From the human T2T-CHM13v2.0 reference genome, Homo sapiens, in assembly GCF_009914755.1 (NCBI RefSeq), contig NC_060925.1: 64,000 nucleotides of DNA. One strand, written 5' to 3'. How positions within the stretch are numbered: the stretch's first letter is position 1; each line of letters opens with the position of its first letter. Below are positions 26,901-40,454 of the stretch, one piece after another. Both the position numbers and the translations under genes were made by a program. The notes below the pieces were generated by a model. It searched no databases and was not told where the DNA came from. It saw only the letters and a program-made list of their open reading frames with translations.

Positions 26901-28614
26901 TGTTATGGGTTGAACAATGTGTGTCCCCCAAAAATGATATAACCCCCAGTACCTCAGAATGTGGCCTTATCTGGAAATAAGATCAGTACAGATGTAATTC
27001 ACTAAGTTAAGGTCACAAGTAGGGTGGGCTCCTAATCCAGTATGACTGGTGTCCTTATAAAAAAGTGGGAATTTGGACACAGACAAAGAAATGCATAGAG
27101 GGGAGATGACGTGAAGAGACACAGGGAGAAGATGGTCATCAGCAATCCTAGAAGAGGAACCTGAAACAGATTTTTTTCTTTTTTTTTTATACAGTGGATT
27201 ATATTATTAATTTATTCTATACTTTCATTTTATATATATAATTTCAACTTTTTAGATTCAGGGAGTACATGTACAGGTTTGTTACATGCATATATTGTGT
27301 GACACTGTGGGTACCCAACAGGTAGTTTTTCAACCCTTGTCCTTGTCCTGCTCCTCCCTCCTCCCTCTAGTAGTCCCCAGTGTCTGTTGTTGCCATATTT
27401 ATGTCCCTATGCACCCATTGTTTAGTTCCCACTTACAAATGAGAGCATGCCATACTTGGTTTTCTGTTCCTGCATTAATTTGCTTAGGATAATGGCCTCC
27501 AGCTGAATCCACGTTGCTGCAAAGGACAGGATTTCACTTTTTTATGGCTTCATAGTATTCTATGGGGTATATGTACCACATTTTCTTTATCCAATCCCCC
27601 ACTGATAGGCACCTAGGTTGATTCCGTGTCTTTGCTTTGTGAATAGTGCTGTGATGAACATATGTTGTTTTTGGTAGAACATAGGTGCATCATATGTTCT
27701 GTATCATATGTGCATGTGTCTTTTTGGTAGAATAATTTATTTTCTTTAGGATATATATACCCAGGAATGAGATTTCTGGGTTGAATAGTAGTTCTGTTCT
27801 AAGTGCTTTGAGTAATCTCCAAACTGATTTCCATGGTGGAAATCTAATTTATATTCCCACTAACAGTGTATAAGCATTCCCTTTTCTCCAGAGCCTTGTC
27901 AGCATCTGTTTGTTTTGTTTTGTTTTGTTTTTACTTTTTAATACTAGCCATTTGACTGGTATGAGATGGTATCTCATTGTGGTTTTGATTTGTATTTTCT
28001 CTGATGATTAGTGATGCTGAGCATTTTTTTATGTTTGCTGGCTGCTTGTATGTCTTCTTTTGAGAAGTGTCTGTTCATGTCTTTTGCCCACTTTTTAATG
28101 GGGTTGTTTTTTGCTTGTTGCATTAAGTTCCTTATAGATTCTGGATATTAGACCTTTGTCAGATGCATAGTTTGCAAGTATTTTCTCCCATTCTATAGGT
28201 TGTCTGTTTACTCTGTTAATAATTTATTTTGCTATGCAGCTCTTTAATTAGGTCTGCATTTGTCAATTTTTGTTTTTGTTGCAATCACTGTTGAAGACTT
28301 AGTCACAAATTCTTTCCTAAGACTAATGTCCAGAATAGTATTTCCTAGGTTTTTTCCTAGGATTTTTATAGTTTGAGGTCTTACATTTAAATCTTTAATT
28401 CATCTTGAGTGAATTTTTGTTTAATGGTGAAAGGTAGTGTTCCAGTCTGAAACAGATTCTTCCTCACAGACCTCAGAAGGAAGCAACCCTGCGAATACCT
28501 TGATTTTGGACTTCTAACCTTCAGAACTGTGACGAAATAAATTTTTTGTTGTTTAAGCCAAGTTTAAACATGCTTTGTGGTATTTTGTTAGGGCATTGCT
28601 GGCAAATTAATACT
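26901..28614 (+). mobile_element. MLT1A/B MaLR solo LTR split by an L1
   Basis: TGTTATGGGTTGAA...TCCAGTATGACTGGTGTCCTTATAA (to 27172); resumes CCTCAGAAGGAAGCAACCCTGC...TTAATAC at 28447. Confidence 0.88.
27173..28446 (-). mobile_element. 5'-truncated L1PA15-16/L1PB-like LINE
   Basis: Antisense L1 3' end (TTAGATTCAGGGAGTACATGTACAGGTTTGTTAC) and ORF2 tail; TSD CTGAAACAGATT at 27161-27172 and 28447-28458. Confidence 0.92.
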
Positions 28615-31095
28615 CATTCCTTAAAGGTACATATGAATACGTATGTAAGAGTAAATAAGGGTTTGTAAGTTGTTTTCCCCAGCATCTAGCAGAAAGCTTG
28701 GTACATAGTAAGTGCTTAATAAACACGTGTTAAGTGGCTGAATAGATGAATACATATCTGGTATGGTGGATCATATTCCCAGCAAGACATGCCAGAGGAG
28801 AGGTGCTTGAGACCTCTGCTAAGGAGAAAGACATGGCTGACAGTGAGAATCATCCAAAGATGGGACTGGCTATCTATCTGTAATCAACATCCAGGCAAGT
28901 GTTTGCCACTGTGGTGAAGAGGAAGTCCTTGGAGCCCCAGTTGGCAGGAGGTACAGCCATACTCAGAAGGCCTACTGGCACCCATATCTGTGACTTCTGT
29001 GTCTGGGGGCAGGCACTCTCATCATACTGGACTAGGGTCAGGCTCACTCCCTGGTGAAGGAAGCTGGCAAGAATAAGTAGTGTCCCCGTAGGTGAATGGA
29101 TCTGGGTAGCCAACGGGGTGTGCAAAGAGAATCTCAGAATAGCAACATGGAAGGCCAAGGGGATGTGGCTCAGGACCTCAGGCACAGGCTTTCTGAAGGT
29201 ACACTGACACCTGGGAAATGATGTGAGGGTTCAGGGGTCAGCGTAACACAAGGTTCCCCATCTTAAGCCCATCCAATTGGGAGAGGAGGAATTCGAGGCC
29301 TCTCCCCAAAAAGGAATAGATATGAGGGCTAGGCTGGCAGAGGAGCCAGGGCCATCCAGTAGAGAGGGGTCTGGGGCCAACGGAAGCAGAAGGATGAGAA
29401 AGGAGGCCTCAACACAGGGTGGGTGGAGGAGGAAGAGTTAAGGTGATAATTCTATAGCAGAAAAGAAGAAGGGAGAAAAAAGGATTTTTGTAATTGAACT
29501 ATTCTAATTGACTGCTGACTCCACACTGTTCAGATCCACCAGGTAATTGCTCAAGTCTCCATTTCATTTCATCTGTGTAGCTGTAGCTATAGCAGTTAGT
29601 TGGGGGTGGGGAGGGAGGGTTTAAGAAGTGATTAGGGGAAATCACTCCTTGCAGGCCTTAGGTTATTCTTGTTAAAAATGATGCCAGGAAAATCATAATT
29701 AAAATGGGAACATGGTTAATAACAAGAGCCCCTTTCCTTGAATGTGAAATAAATTTTAACAGCTACCTCAGCTAAAGAACCCAACACATTCGACCTTCCA
29801 ATAAGGGTTAGCAGAGTTTTCTATCAGAGAGAAATAGAAACTATAAATCAAATGTTTCATATCTAAAGTCCAAGCCAGCTCCCATGAGTAAACTTCCACT
29901 CTCCAACAGCTTGTATTTTTTCACTGGCTATTAGACTACCTTGACTCTGGAACTATATGGATACTGTTTCTTCATCTTAAATCTATGAAACTACCTTCAA
30001 GAGCTATAGTCTTGACTACTCATGACATACTATCCGAGATAAAGAAGCTGGTCAATAATAAATGTGCCTGTGTGTGATATTCTATCAAGTGCGTGTGGTT
30101 GAAATGGAGTTGTTGGAAGGAAAGAGAGTAGGGGGGTGGGGAGAGTCGAGGAAAAATTCTATAGAGTGGGGGCAGGTGGCAGGAAGCATGTTTAAATGTT
30201 GGTTTAAATTCATTTTAGAGAAGGGTTGATGTTGATAATCAGATTCTCCTGATTCAAGCACAGTGAAAATTTACCTCTCCTGAGCCTGGATTTTCCCTGG
30301 TCTCCCCAAATTTACTATGGGGCCCAACAACATCCCTGACTGAGAGAAAGCTTTGGTCTCGAAGGAGACAGGCTGCTTATAGAAACTTCAGGTCTATTTT
30401 TCTGGGATGCTGTTAGCTAACTAGAAGTGTGCTCAGGGCTATTTGGCTGACTGATACCCTCTTTCTGTTGAAAATGTAAGAGAATTCTTCCTTAGCAGTT
30501 TGGTTCAAGGCAAAATAAAATATGCTCCCGTGGTCACAGTCACGCTCCACAAACTCCCCAGAGACTCTTTGATTATCTTAATGGTCCTGCTGTAGACCGG
30601 CAGTGAGATCTCAGGGTGTGGTGCAGTCAGTGCCTCTGTGGGGAGCCGGATCTCTGGGGAGCACTGAGGCCTTTGCAGCAGGCAATTGAGTCCTGCTGAC
30701 CCAGCCCAGCACCTTCCATGAGATAAGGTCTAGGGGCCCCAGGATCCCTCAGTACCCTCCCCTTCTCTCACACCCTCCCCTGGGTACCTCGTTTCAGGCT
30801 ATGGGAGACTTCAAATCATAGCAATTAAGTAGATGAAAGTGCAGCATCTATTTCAGTTATTAAAGCTTACCTCCTTCCTAGGCAGCCACCCTTCCAGCTG
30901 CCATCGCTGGCCCTGTGCTGCGCTATCCAGTCCAAGCTCACAGAGGTCTCTTGGAAAATGACCTTGGAAATCTGAAAACATGACTGACACATTTCCACAC
31001 CCATTCAGGCCAGACCTGTGGTTTATCTCTGGCCAAGTACACATCAAGTCTTCTAGCAGATGCCACCAGCCTTCCCATCTACAAATGCCTTCCCC

Positions 31096-31280
31096 CAGTG
31101 ATTCTCACTCCTAGATTCCATTAGAATCACCTGGGGAGTGTTTCAAAGGAAAATTACCAACACCCAGGCCCCGCCTCAGAGATTCTGGTTCAATTGGTCT
31201 GGAGTGAGGTCCAGCCTGGCAGCCTCATGTTTCAAAAGCTCCCCAGGTGATTCTCACCTGCCGCCAAGGTAGACTATTGG
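31096..31280. mobile_element. MER5A hAT-Charlie MITE
   Basis: Internal inverted repeat AGAATCACCTGGGGAG (31123-31138) / CTCCCCAGGTGATTCT (31239-31254). Confidence 0.85.
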
Positions 31281-32289
31281 GTCCTAATCCAAGTCCTCCG
31301 GGTTTTTCTCCACAAGGATAGATGATGGTTCCGAGTTAATACCTCACAACGTTGGTCTCACTTATTGCTTGTTTTTCTGATAAATTCTCAGAGGGGATAC
31401 CTAAGTTCAGAATCTGAAGGTCATTGAGGTTATCCTCAATGTACCAACTAGAATAAACACCGTCTATTTATTCAGATTGAGCAAATATTTGCTGAATGCC
31501 TATTATGGACCAGACGCTGTGCTGGGAACTAAGACATGAGCATGTACATCAAACATTTCCTCCACGTATTTTGTGCTCCCTTCTGCCCCTTCAGATTTGG
31601 AAACTTGGTTTCCTGTTTCAAATTCAATCTCTCTCTCTCCCTCTTTTTTTCCCTCTCTCTGCTCCATCTCAACTTTTATATATGATGCATGTACCCAAAT
31701 ACATATACTTATAAATCTTACAGATCTTGTGCAGCAGTAGCTAATCTCCTACACATTCCTAAGGCTCAGTGTAATTAGAATATGAGAAAGCACTCATCCT
31801 GCGTATGAACACACCTCATGCTCTCTTCTTTCATGATTTTTATCTCCTAATCAAGTTTCTATTATATTTGCCTCGGGACTTAACTACCGTTAAATATTCA
31901 AGAAACGCAAATAAAAGACTTTTTCTACTCTCTCTGCTCTGTGCTTTCAAGTGTTTAATTTCCTGACCCAACTGTCAGGAAAAACACAATCCTGAAACTC
32001 CACAACCAGATTTCATAACTCTTGTGTATGCCTGAACCCTTGAGGGAAAGGGAAGAAAATCCTGCCACGGCAAACGAGAGCCTGAAAGACCAAAGATCTG
32101 GGACCACAGGAGTGGCCCTAATTCATCATTAGTCACCCCGCCTGTGTGCTACTCTGCCTCCCGCCTGCCTTCCCCGTGGCTCCCTATTTCAATGATGTCT
32201 CCATCTGTCTTCCTCCTTGTCTGCAGCTGATTACAGTCTGTGACTCATTCATTCCTGTACTCCCATCCTCCAACAGAGATGGTATATAA

Positions 32290-32540
32290 CAGTTCACAGC
32301 TGTTGAGCACTTACTGTATATGCCAGGCACTGTTCTAGATGCTTTCCACATGTTATCTCTGAATTTCACTCAACTCTGTGAGTTTAATGCCTTTATTATC
32401 CCATTATACAGATGACAAAACTGGAGTACAGAGTTTGAGCAACTTGCTCACATTTACACAAGGCTGCTGAAGCAGAATCCTGATTCAAAGCCAGGCCATC
32501 TAGCCATAGATCCTATTCTCTTTGCTGCTACTATATGATG
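32290..32540 (-). mobile_element. MIR SINE
   Basis: TTGAGCACTTACTGTATATGCCAGGCACTGTTCTAG...CCCATTATACAGATGA. Confidence 0.85.
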
Positions 32541-32599
32541 CTGAGACTTAGACAAATAAACACACCTGTCTCCAAGGTTTTTATTCCGTAGAAGACAGC

Positions 32600-32795
32600 T
32601 TAGCACTTACTAGCTATGTGACCTTAAAAAAAAACTGTTAAACTGCTCTAAACCTCTTCTAGATCTAAAACTCTTCTAGAAAATAAGGGTAAGAACAATG
32701 ATGATGACGTTAGATGATGTCTGTAAAGTGCATGGCACAGTGCCAGGCATTTATTAAATGCTTTACAAAAGTTAGATGCTGCTGCTGCTGTTATT
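32600..32795 (+). mobile_element. MIR SINE
   Basis: CACTTACTAGCTATGTGACCTT...GTAAAGTGCATGGCACAGTGCCAGGCA. Confidence 0.75.
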
Positions 32796-32889
32796 TGGTA
32801 CATGGGTACATTAGGAGCATCTCAAGTTACTCCCCAATCTAAGTGGCCACTGCCTCCCTGTATAAAAGCAGTGGGTAGCAGCCATTAAA

Positions 32890-33820
32890 TTTTTTTATAA
32901 TTTTATTTAGACATAATTCACATACCATAGCATTCACCCATTACAAATGTACAATGAATGTTTTTTAGTATATTCAGAGCTGTACAATCAATTTTAGAAC
33001 CAATTTAGTATTTAGAAACCAGTTTAGAACCAAACTTAGAATCAATTTTGGGAGATGTTTTTATCACCCAAAAAAGAAACCCCATAGCCATTACTCCCCA
33101 TTTGCCCCAAGCTCTCCTCTCATCCACGCCCCTGGCAATCACTAATCTATTTTCTGTGTGTCCTGAACATTTCATATAAGTGGAACCATACGATATGTGG
33201 TCTTTGTGAGTGACTTGTTTTACTTAGCCTGATGGTTTCAAAGTTCATCTAAGCTTAGCATGTGCCAATACTTCATTTCTCATTATTGCTGAATAATATT
33301 CCATGGTACGGATAGCCTTATTTTATTTTGCCTTTTATTAGTTGGTGGATATTTGAGTTGTTTCTCCTTTTTGGCTATTATTAATAATTCTGCATGCGTA
33401 TAATCCCAGTGCCTTGGGAGGCCAAGGCAGGAGGATCACATGAGGCCAAGAGTTAGAGACCAGCCTGGGCAACATAGCAACACCCCATCTCCACAAAAAA
33501 ATACAAAAATCAGCTGAGCATGGTGGCAGATGTCTGTAGTCCTAGCTACTCATGAGGCTGAGGTGGGAGGATCCTGTGAGCCCAAGAGTTTGAGGCTACA
33601 GTGAGCTATGATTGCATCACTGCACTCCAGCCTGGGCAACAGAGCGAGACCTTGTCTTAAAATAAATAATGCTGCTATGAACATCTGTGTACAAATCTTT
33701 GTGTGGACCTATGTTTTTAATTATCTTAGGTATGTATATATATATATGGGAGTAGAATTGCGAGGTCATCCTGTAACTCTGTTTCACCTTTTGAGGCATT
33801 TTCAAATTATTTTCCAAAGC
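32890..33820 (-). mobile_element. L1MB-type 3' fragment, interrupted by AluJ
   Basis: ATAATTCACATACCATA...GGCAATCACTAATCTA...GCTGCTATGAACATC...TTTGAGG. Confidence 0.85.
33394..33664 (+). mobile_element. AluJ (slightly 5'-truncated)
   Basis: AluJ diagnostics GAGGCTACAGTGAGCTATGATTG; TSD AATAAT(T/G)CTGC at 33383-33393 and 33665-33675. Confidence 0.93.
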
Positions 33821-33849
33821 TAATAGCTACTAATCTTGCACTTTCTTCT

Positions 33850-33995
33850 AGGTGACCTGAAACAAAAGTCACTTAACCTCACTGAGCCTCAGTTTCCTCA
33901 TCTGCAAAATGAGGATATTATGTACCAAAGGAGATACTTTCAGTACAGTGCCATCAACTGCCTGACACCAGCAGGTGCTTAAACAAGTAGTAGGT
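33850..33995 (+). mobile_element. MIR fragment
   Basis: CACTTAACCTCACTGAGCCTCAGTTTCCTCATCTGCAAAATG. Confidence 0.8.
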
Positions 33996-35506
33996 ACTCT
34001 GTTGCCCCTGGCAGATGGTGTGCTGCCCTTTCCTTCCTGTCCAGTTTGGATCCAAAATGAAAGGACGGTACCACGGAAGGCTTGAGCACAGCCTAATGCA
34101 GATGTTAGAGTGCATCACAGTGCAAAATCACACTACCTTTCTGAGTCATGGCACCAGTCTCTAAAATCAAGAAAAAATAAACTACTCTCAAGTGTGTGTA
34201 TATTCTCTTTCCTTCTATAAACTGGACTTTTGCCCAGAAATCACAACAAGTAAAGAAAGAATCAATAATCCAAGTTTTATATGCTAATGTAATTTGGTAG
34301 AAAATGCACTACATCTATCAGAACTCCATTCTCTCGATTGCCAGAGTTTCTTACAGGCCACAACTCCAGAAGGGCTTGCAAAAACAAGAGTCAGCAAAAC
34401 CATCATCCCCATGAGCCTAAACAAAGTGTAGAAGTGTGAACCCCCAGTGCCACCCTGCTGAAGGCCCTGATTAGCATTTCTGTTTCTGGCAGAAACCGCT
34501 GACAGTCCATCAGTCCCGAATAACAATAATAAAGCTCTGCAAATGGAAAGTGTTCCACTCTTAGGGGAGTTATTATTCTTCAGGGTAAAAAATATTCCTT
34601 GGGCAGATTCATTTCACTGCGAAAGTTGATTTCAGAGTTACTTTGTTAAATCTTGGGGGGGTGGGGGGAGACAAAGAGAACCAGAAAAAGTTGTGCATGC
34701 CATATTTCATATTGTAAAGAATATTTTTGCTTTAGGGACAATAGGTAGGACACTTGGAGAGACCTGTCCTAGCATATAGGAAAATATAAAAATTTCTATC
34801 TTTAGTGCAAAGATACTAATATGACAGACTTGAAGATTCAAGCCAAGCAAGGCTGCCCCACCGCCTTGGCTCAGAGTGGGTGTGCAGGTCACACATGAGC
34901 ATGAAGCCATTGTCCCAGGCCTTCTTCCATAAGCTCCAGCTTCTGCCTCCCTCGGCGTAATGCTAATTATGGGATACAAAAACCTAATCTTTTCCTTTTC
35001 TAAAGAATTAATGCAATCTATCCAAGAAGCACAAAAAAAAGGGAAGGAAAAACTTTCAACTTGGGATTGCAGTGAAAGATTACAGAGAAAAAAAATATAC
35101 ACAGAATTTGCTTACTATTAGCCATGGGAAACTTAAGAAAAAACATGATAATTAAGTGACTAAAAGCCACTTTGGATGTTCTTTATTTAAAAAAAGTCAT
35201 ATAAACTGAGACTCACAGCCTACCCCATTGTCTAAGTACCTCCTCATCACTGAGTAAAGATATATGCCAGATAAAGACACTGGCAGTTCCCAGATGTAAT
35301 AGTACTTGTTTTGAGCTGAATTCTAGATGAAGCAAATGTGGCACAGAGCTCTTCAGTTACTAAAGTACTAAAATGGCCTCATTGTAGGAATCAGCACCTG
35401 GGCAGTGGGGAGGAGGCTGGACCCCAGCAAACACTACCAGCAGGGGCAGGAGAGGAGATCTATCTAATCTTAGAACCAGAGAATATGTGCAGTGGCCTAT
35501 GTGCAG

Positions 35507-35872
35507 TGATATGGTCTGGCTGTGTCCCCACCCAAATCTCATCTTGAATTATAGCTCCCATAATTCCCTCATGTTGTGGGAGAGACCCAGTGGGAGATAA
35601 TTGGATCATGGGAGCAGTTCCCCCATACTGTTCTCGTGGTAGTAGTGAATAAGGCTCATGAGATCTGATGGTTTTATAAGGGGAAACCCCTTTTGCTTGG
35701 CTCTGATTCTCTTCTCTTGTCTGCCGCCATGTGAGATGTGCCTTTTGCCTCCTGCCACAATTGTGAGGCCTCCCCAGCCACGTGGAACTGTGAATCCATT
35801 AAACCTCTTTCTTTTGTAAATTGCCCAGTATCGGGTATGTCTTTATCAGCAGTGTGAAAACGGACCGATACA
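35507..35872 (+). mobile_element. THE1B-like MaLR solo LTR
   Basis: TGATATGGTCTGGCTGTGTCCCCACCCAAATCTC...GTGAAAACGGACCGATACA. Confidence 0.94.
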
Positions 35873-36609
35873 CTAGGGTATGGGGAGGGATGAACTTTTT
35901 TCTGGAATATTCCAGCTCTAAATCAGAAGAAAAAACACTAAAGTCATTCTCTACATCTAAAATGCTTTCTATAGCCTCTGAGGCTTTGTAGCCTCTGCCC
36001 TACCCTGGCTTTCTCCAGGCTAGCCTACTCCTCCTTTAGCCTCTGCACAGGCCACTTCCTTAGCCTGTGTTCCCCAGCTCCCAAGGCTGTGTTATGTGAC
36101 CTATGTGCTTGTGCTGCTCCCCGTGATCACCACTTAATGGAAATTGTCTGTTTACTCCTTCATCTCTGCTGCTAGACCATAAGTTCCTAGAAGGAAAGGG
36201 AAAGGATTTTCCTGTTCACAGGATATCCTCAGCACCAGCACAATGTGGGAACCCAGTAACTGTGCTGACTTGGTTTAAGTCTCTAGCTGGATAGGGGAAA
36301 AAATGGAGCATCTGAAACCAGGAGCATAAACCCTGAAATAGCACACCAGTCAAGGTAAACCAGGTCAAGTACTGGGGGAGGAAGGGGACCTAGAAGGACA
36401 GTCCTGGAGAAAAACATCTCAAGGACAACATTTTACCCCTCACCAATCAATGACCATTGGCACTTTCTTTTCAGAATCTGTGACTTCTTCTTACTCTATC
36501 TTAGAGCAAAGAAGTCTTTTCTCTGCTATATTTTAAAAGTCAAAAGCCTTATATAATGATAAAGTATTACATGAGAAGCATAGATCCTGAATACAGATTA
36601 ACAGAAAAA

Positions 36610-36800
36610 CAGAAGCAGACAGACCTGAGTTCAAATCCTGACTTTGCTACCAACTAGGCAAGAGGTCAGTCACTTAATCTCTTCTGCACCTCAGTTTTCT
36701 TATCTGCAAAATAGTGATAATAATAGCTGCCATTTTCAGAGTTCTTATGTGATTAGATAGCAATGTAAGTCATATATTTTTGCACTCTGTGCAATGATAT
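36610..36800 (+). mobile_element. MIR SINE
   Basis: AGACCTGAGTTCAAATCCTGAC...CTCAGTTTTCTTATCTGCAAAAT. Confidence 0.8.
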
Positions 36801-36874
36801 TTCTTAGTGATAGATGTCTGCGCGACAATGTGTTTCAGCAACATTTAGAGTTATGATTCTCAAATATTTACTAA

Positions 36875-37219
<345 letters not shown>

Positions 37220-37789
37220 TAGGTATTTCTTTAGCTGCTATGCTCCTTCTGTAGAAAATAAATAAACTAAAATAATAATAATAATACAGTCATCAGATGG
37301 TAAACAAGGTATTTCCTACTAAGACTGCATCTAGGGTTGTTACAAAAAGAAAAAAAGAGACAATAGTAAGTTCAAGAGTTTTATTTAACAGTGTTGTCCC
37401 AGAAGTCACCCAGAGCAGAAAACTTGGACCAATGAAGACCAACGAGCTATTTTTTAGCAGGAAAAAGAAATGAAGGTGGGCTTCCATTTTTTTCCTATGC
37501 TTCAATGACTCCCCTTTCCAGATCTGCCTGTTGCAAAGTTCTTTTACTCTCTGACAGTGAAAAAAAAATTATGTGTGAAAGGAACAAAATCATTTATTAA
37601 CAATCAACCTCCAACTTCAAACTGCCAGCCACTCAAAAGACTAGATCCTGACAACCGGAGGGTCCCCTGTTTAATGGGTAAAGTGGGGTGTTTAGATATG
37701 GGTTTGGGGGCAATACATTGCTCTGCATAAGAAAGGAAAAACTATGGAGAGGTGCCTTAAGAAAAGATCTCAGCCTAAATTTCTCTTAA

Positions 37790-37990
37790 TAAATACATAT
37801 TGAGCATCCACTCCATGTTAGGCATTGACTAGATGGGATTTACATATGTTCCTTCAATGTAAGTCACAAACTAGACATCATGGCTGGTTTTTGTTTTTTA
37901 AATGAAGAAGCAGCCTTGGGAAGTGCAATGATTTCCTGAAGGTGAAACGATCATCCGTAGAGGCAATAGTGGAAATTTGTTTATAGGAAG
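37790..37990 (-). mobile_element. MIR relic
   Basis: ATATTGAGCATCCACTCCATGTTAGGCATTG...AATGAAGAAGC. Confidence 0.5.
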
Positions 37991-40454
37991 TTTATGCTTT
38001 TTAGGGTGACAAAGTTTATATATAAGAGCTGAGCAGAAACAGGAAAAGAAATCAATTTGTTTTGAGGAAGAATGGGGAGGGAATGGGAGAAGGTCGTGGA
38101 GTATTCCTGAGAGGGCAAGGCCTTACAGTTAGAAATGCCAGGCGTTTGGAAACTGTATAAGGGCCCAGCCAAGAGAGAGGAGAGACTTCTGGGGAGATAG
38201 AGGGGCAGGAAGGACGTCTGGGCCTAAAACAGAATTTTACCAAAGTGTAATTTGAGTGAGATAGAAGTAACTGGAATCAGAGGACCTGTGCTTTAATCCC
38301 AACTCTGGTACTTGCTGGCTTTAGGCTTCATTGGAGTAGTCTCCAAATCTCCCTGAGTTTTGCCATTTTCTCACTGCAAAATGGGCAACATGTGCTTCAC
38401 AGCAAGAATGAATTAATACCCTTGAAAGTGGCTGGAAAACTTCACAGGGACCTCAGGAGCTCAGCCTGTGGCAAAACTTCCCAATTGTTTCTCAACTCCC
38501 ATCTCCACTTTGTCTGAAGCCCCACACTCTTTAGAAGACATGATTGATATGGGGTTTGGTGGCCAGGGTCCGATTATTGTATCTCTGTATTTAGGATCCT
38601 TTCAAAACTAGACTTGACCATATCTATTTCCTTTCCTAGATAATAGAGACACCAGGTAAAGAGGAGACCAAGCACTCACACTGCACAACTAATTGTCAAG
38701 TAACCTTTTTTCTAGCCTTGCTTTTGTGAAGTCGTTGTCTCCTTTTGATTGAGCTTCTTTACTCTTAACTGAGAGGGTTGGAACTGATGATCTCTGCAGT
38801 CTCTTAGAAGACCTCTCCTGAGGCTGTCCCAACAGCCCATTGTTCCAGTACTTTCTATTGCCCAATTAGCAGCATTTATCCAGCTTTTTTTTTTTATCAG
38901 GTATGTGCTTCTATTCCAGGCATTCTGAGCCAATTCTGCAAATCAAACTTCTTGGAAGACTCAAATGTTTTAACAGTCTTCAAACATATGACATCAAGCA
39001 TACCATTTTCCTTTATCTACCAACTTTGTACTTTTACTGCAAAAAAGAAAGAGGTACTGAGTCCATCTGGCATGATTTGCTTTGAATAAAAGCCCATCTG
39101 CTTATTATTTCTAATTTCATTGTCCTCTAGAATGTTTATAGAGCTTCTTTCAATATTTATTGTGCTGTGTTTCTAATTACTGATCCAGACCATCCACACA
39201 GACTCGGAGGGGCACTGGGCTAGGATGTAGGTGTCTTTCTCTTTTTCATCTTCACGATTCTTTACTCTGGAGGCACATTGTGGCCCTCGGCCGTCATTAC
39301 AGAGCCCTGGTGTGATGCTGCAGAGGCAGATTCTGACAATCAACCTCTTTATCGTGAGTCTCCCTGGGGACTTGCAAAGCTTCCTCTGATGAATTTTTGC
39401 CTGCCTCGACACCATTATTGTCATAGGAAGGATGGAAATAATTACCTGATTTATTATCTTGAGGCTAGCTTCATCCTGGGGCCCTGTGATCACTGGGAAC
39501 AGAAGGCTCATCTCTGTCTTCGGGAGTCCTGAAGAGATGGGTAAAAGATTCACATTTCCTACATGATGGTGTCTCTGAAAGGCAAGGGATGGGATGGTCT
39601 CTGCAGCAAAAACAATTCCTATTTAGTCCTTTTCAAAATATGCCCCCAAAATCCAAGATGCTAAAACTGTTTAAAAAAGTAAACCCTTTTTCTCCCCAAA
39701 TAAGTTCTCATTTCTGATTCCCCTAGTTCTGCTAGGATGCTTTATTTTCCTCCTCTTATGGCACTTTTTGTCATTCTTCACAATCAAGTAAGTCTCGTTA
39801 CTCCCTTTGTAGCATCTTAATGCCTTTCCCATCTGTCCCTGGCTTCCATTCTCACTCTATTGTCTAATTTCAGCCCCATATCACATTGTCTCTATTCCTG
39901 CAATACCTCCTATCCTTCAGTCTCTCCCCCACCCCACCCACCATGCACATGCCTGCAGAATAATCCACCTAAACCATCTTGATTTCATCACATCCCTCCT
40001 CAACAATGCTCCATGAGTGCCCTTTGCCTACAGGATTAGCCTGTAAACCCTCACTGATGGGAAGGTCTCCAGGGCCCCACCTCACAGCCCCACAGCTGAC
40101 TGTGCATCCTGCCGCTGTCCTGAATCCTCCCTCTGGCCCTGCAGGAGGCACTCTGGGCCTTGGACTCTGTTTTTGCTCACAATGACTTCCTAAGCATGTG
40201 AAGACGTTGAAAAAGGAAGAAAGAATCTGAGATGAATTCTTAGTGCAGACACCAAGGGGTTAAAAGTTCATTCTACACTGCTTTTTTATGGGGAATGTCA
40301 CAATGCATCTGATTCTCACACCCTCTTCAGATCCTGGAAAAGTATGCCCACTGTGTAATCCACAAGTCAGGCCCCAGCTTTCCCTGAGAAATTCAGAAGG
40401 AATTTCTATTCAGTAAAATAAAACAGAAAAGCAAAAACATTATATAGGAGGGGC

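Noticed and set aside
31123-31254. 16-bp inverted repeat as a pre-miRNA or novel hairpin
   Set aside because: Explained by the intrinsic palindromy of MER5A.
34445-34464. CTCF-like motif
   Set aside because: Spacing is one base off the core consensus; not supportable by eye.
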